This document shows, one piece after another, positions 60,176 to 64,000 of a stretch of DNA of 64,000 nucleotides. Source of the stretch: Eledone cirrhosa (taxonomy: Eukaryota). The notes under the pieces were generated by a model. That model was given only the letters and a program-made list of their open reading frames with translations. It made no database searches and was not told the origin of the DNA. Each line of letters starts with the position of its first letter. Position 1 is the first letter of the stretch. The position numbers and the translations under genes were made by a program. The stretch is from assembly GCA_964016885.1 (NCBI GenBank), contig OZ024761.1:25110001-25174000 (forward strand), read 5' to 3'.

Positions 60176-60649
60176 TATATATATAGTAGAAAAAGAAAGA
60201 TATATATATATATATAGTAGAAAAAGAAAGATATATATATATATATATATATATAGTAGAAAAAGAAAGATATATATATATATATATATATATAGTAGAT
60301 AAAGTAAGATATATATATATATATATTTACACTGTTTTGTTATATAAAAACTACAATAACAACAGAACATAATCGCTTCTTAAAAAACGACGTCTTCTTC
60401 AAAACAATACAACGTGAGGAAACATAATAGTACCACTGATAATGTCACATATGTGTGACGAAAGAACTTTAATAGACTGGATATATATATTTATATCTGT
60501 ATTTTAACAATTCTTCAAACGATGATAAACATTGATTGCCAGGTAAATTAACTACGGAGATATAAAAGAAACCATCCCCCAAAAAACAGTGATTGTATTC
60601 TATTATTATTTCAGTCAATATTTTACAATATGGCCCTCCGCAAATATAA

Positions 60650-60690
<41 letters not shown>

Positions 60691-60710
60691 GACTTTTTTC
60701 GAATATTAAT

Positions 60711-60797
60711 AATTGTTTCTACTTTAGGCACAAGGCCAGCAATTACCCAGTACATTACTGGTACTTTATTTTATCGACCCCGTAAGGATGAAAGGCA
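60711..60797 (-). mobile_element. 3' fragment of tRNA-SINE
   Basis: Matches the 3' part of the copy at 49350. Confidence 0.88.
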
Positions 60798-60900
60798 ATA
60801 ATAGTATTCGATTCGTTTGCATTTATGCAAATATCCTCTTTAAATCCATGTCAGTAGAATGACCGCGTAATTCTTGCTCTTGTGTTGGTATATACACCGA

Positions 60901-60947
60901 ACTGCAGACAGTGATGTTTCTGGGTGATTACCCTTCATCAGTACAGT
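60901..60947 (-). ncRNA. type I hammerhead ribozyme (compact, canonical GUC site)
   Basis: Minus strand: ACTGTA-CTGATGA-A-GGGT-AATC-ACCC-A-GAAA-CA-TCAC-TG-TC^TGCAGT. Confidence 0.8.
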
Positions 60948-61302
60948 ATACAACTTATCTTCCAGCTGTCAGAGCTCGTGAAGATATAGTGCGACTGATT
61001 GGCCTGATTTGCATATTAGCATATAGGCCAGTCCCTTTCATACGTATGCGGAGTGAATTATTTCTTTGTTATATATATATATATAAATAATTAAGTACGT
61101 TGATAAGCTATATTAGTTTCACGCTTGAAATAGCAGATAAAGTGTTTTAACTGTTCGGAGAGTTGTTGTTCATGAGCAGCTAAAATATAAAAATAATGAG
61201 TAACAAAAGGGGGAAAAATTGAGGAAAAAGTGTAACAGTATTACACGGACTTATTCACTCAGCTAATATATATATATATATATATATTAATGTATATATA
61301 TT

Positions 61303-61365
61303 TAAAATAGAAAAGCTTCTACAGGACTAGAACTTTTCATTCTTGAGAAATCATCAGGAATAACC
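61303..61365 (-). ncRNA. family C hammerhead fragment
   Basis: Minus strand: TTC-CTGATGA-TTTCTCAAGAAT-GAAA-AG..CTGTA^GAA; one stem III base deleted. Confidence 0.5.
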
Positions 61366-61606
61366 TATATATATATATTCACATATAAAGATTTATATAT
61401 ATGTATAGAGAGAGAGAGAGAGAGATAGAAAGAGAGAGGGAGAAATAAAGAGAGAGAAAGAGAGAGAGAGAGAGAGATAAAGAGAGAAAGAGAAAGAGAG
61501 AGAGAAAGAGAGAGAGAAAGAGAGTAAGAGAGAAAAAGAGAGAGAGAGTGTGAGAGGGGGAGGGGGATAATAATATGTCGATTTACTTGGATATATATAT
61601 ACACAC

Positions 61607-61640
<34 letters not shown>

Positions 61641-62209
61641 CTATATATATACACACGCACACACAAACACACACAAACACACACACACATATATATATAT
61701 ATATATGCATACAGGTGTGACAGCTTTTGTCTTTGTCTACCAATTAACAGCTGTATACTTGATCAATGTGTCAGGTATTCGAAGTATTTGATCAATGCCG
61801 AATGGAGTATGGTGATAAGAAGATATAGCACAGTTAGACATTTCTTGAAATGGTTCCTGACTTTGTCTTTGGTACACGTTCTTAGTGATGTCTTTTAGCA
61901 AACAATAGAAATAGATGTATGGATCTGATGGAGTGGTGGGAATGGTCGAATGTTAAGAGTTCTATGAAAAACAATAGAATTAATGTATTGTGTTGCTACA
62001 CTCTAGTCTTAAGAATTGGTCATTCACAGACACTTTGAATTTCAACATCAAGAGCATTATATTAATGTGTATATATATCTATGTGAGTACGTGTTTGTGT
62101 ATGTGTGTGTACGTGTGTGTGTACGTATATGTGTATATAGCTCTGGTGCAATGTATGCATGTATATAAGTATGAATATATATATATATTTATAAACACAC
62201 ATACACACG

Positions 62210-62285
<76 letters not shown>

Positions 62286-62944
62286 TAGATATATATATAT
62301 AAAAATATAAATATATATATATATATATATAAAAATATAAATATATATATATATATGTATATACACCTACATATGTACATATATACACATATATACACAT
62401 ATATACATAAATATACATACATAAATATACATATATATACACACACATATACATAAATATACATATATATACACACACATACACATAAATATACATACAT
62501 AAATATACATATATATATACACATACATAAATACATATATATACACATTTATATATATGTACATAGATACCCACACATTAACATTAATATACATACATAT
62601 ACACACACATATATATACATAGTTATACATACATATACACACACATATATACATAGTTATACATACATATACACACATATATACATAGTTATACATACAT
62701 ATACACACATATATACATAAATATACATACATATACACACATATATACACATATATACATACATATACACATATATATATATATATATATACACATAAAT
62801 ATATATATATATATACACACACATACATATATACAGATACACCTAAATACCGTCTTCTTGCTATATGAAGCGTTAACCTAATATATCTCTTCCATGTACT
62901 GTACCGATTGTGTTGTTATTTCTGTTTACATTTTACATACATAC

Positions 62945-62957
62945 ATGTATATATATA

Positions 62958-63016
<59 letters not shown>

Positions 63017-63027
63017 TTATATATATA

Positions 63028-63086
<59 letters not shown>

Positions 63087-63182
63087 TTATATATATATAT
63101 ATATACATATATTATATATATATATATACATATATTATATATATATATATACATATATTATATATATATTATATATATATAT

Positions 63183-63253
<71 letters not shown>

Positions 63254-63273
63254 TTATATATATATATATATAC

Positions 63274-63311
<38 letters not shown>

Positions 63312-63364
63312 TTATATATATATATATATATATACATATATTATATATATATATATATATATAC

Positions 63365-63402
<38 letters not shown>

Positions 63403-63538
63403 TTATATATATATATATATATATACATATATTATATATATATATATATATATACATATATTATATATATATATATATATATACATATATTATATATATA
63501 TATATATATATACATATATTATATATATATATATATAC

Positions 63539-63580
<42 letters not shown>

Positions 63581-63613
63581 ATATATATATACATATATTA
63601 TATATATATATAC

Positions 63614-63659
<46 letters not shown>

Positions 63660-63670
63660 ATATACATATA
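62945..63670. repeat. (TA)n-CATATATT compound microsatellite
   Basis: Direct inspection. Confidence 0.95.
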
Positions 63671-63745
63671 TACATATATGCATATATATATACATATATG
63701 CATACATATATACATGTACACATACATATATATATATACACATGT

Positions 63746-63778
<33 letters not shown>

Positions 63779-64000
63779 CGCACACATGTACACATACATA
63801 TATATATATATGTACACACACATGTACATACACCACATGTGTATATATATATATATATATACATAAACGTATACACACATTATATATACACATATTTATA
63901 TATATATATATCTTTTTCCGACAGACAACCTTTCCCCCACCCCGGAAAACCCCCAGTTGATGGATGTGAATCCGAAATATATAGGGACAATTAAATCTCT

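Noticed and set aside
60436-60475. CTGATAA-hairpin-GAAA motif
   Set aside because: Core substitution and no stem I

Overview
AT-rich, repeat-saturated eukaryotic non-coding DNA. The SINE types and the extreme (TA)n/(CA)n load suggest an octopod cephalopod (inference). No protein-coding gene can be supported; essentially all listed ORFs are microsatellite read-throughs. Main content: (1) An ~11.5 kb block present twice (4190-15747 and 15948-27359) on either side of a 200-N gap. These are probably two haplotypes, and they differ by a 5'-truncated SINE insertion with a 19-bp target-site duplication. (2) About 20 tRNA-derived SINE copies, plus a Helitron-like element, piggyBac-like and Tigger-like MITEs, and several minisatellites. 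(3) The most notable signal: small non-coding elements sitting at (TA)n tracts that carry type I hammerhead ribozyme folds. At least five have an intact catalytic core and paired helices (2542+, 33351-, 48753+, 49499-, 59287+, 60901-), and roughly ten more are decayed or half-cores. They belong to several unrelated sequence families, often with an inverted 5' copy plus a 3' tail, as in Penelope-like pseudo-LTRs. All folds were derived by eye and are untested.
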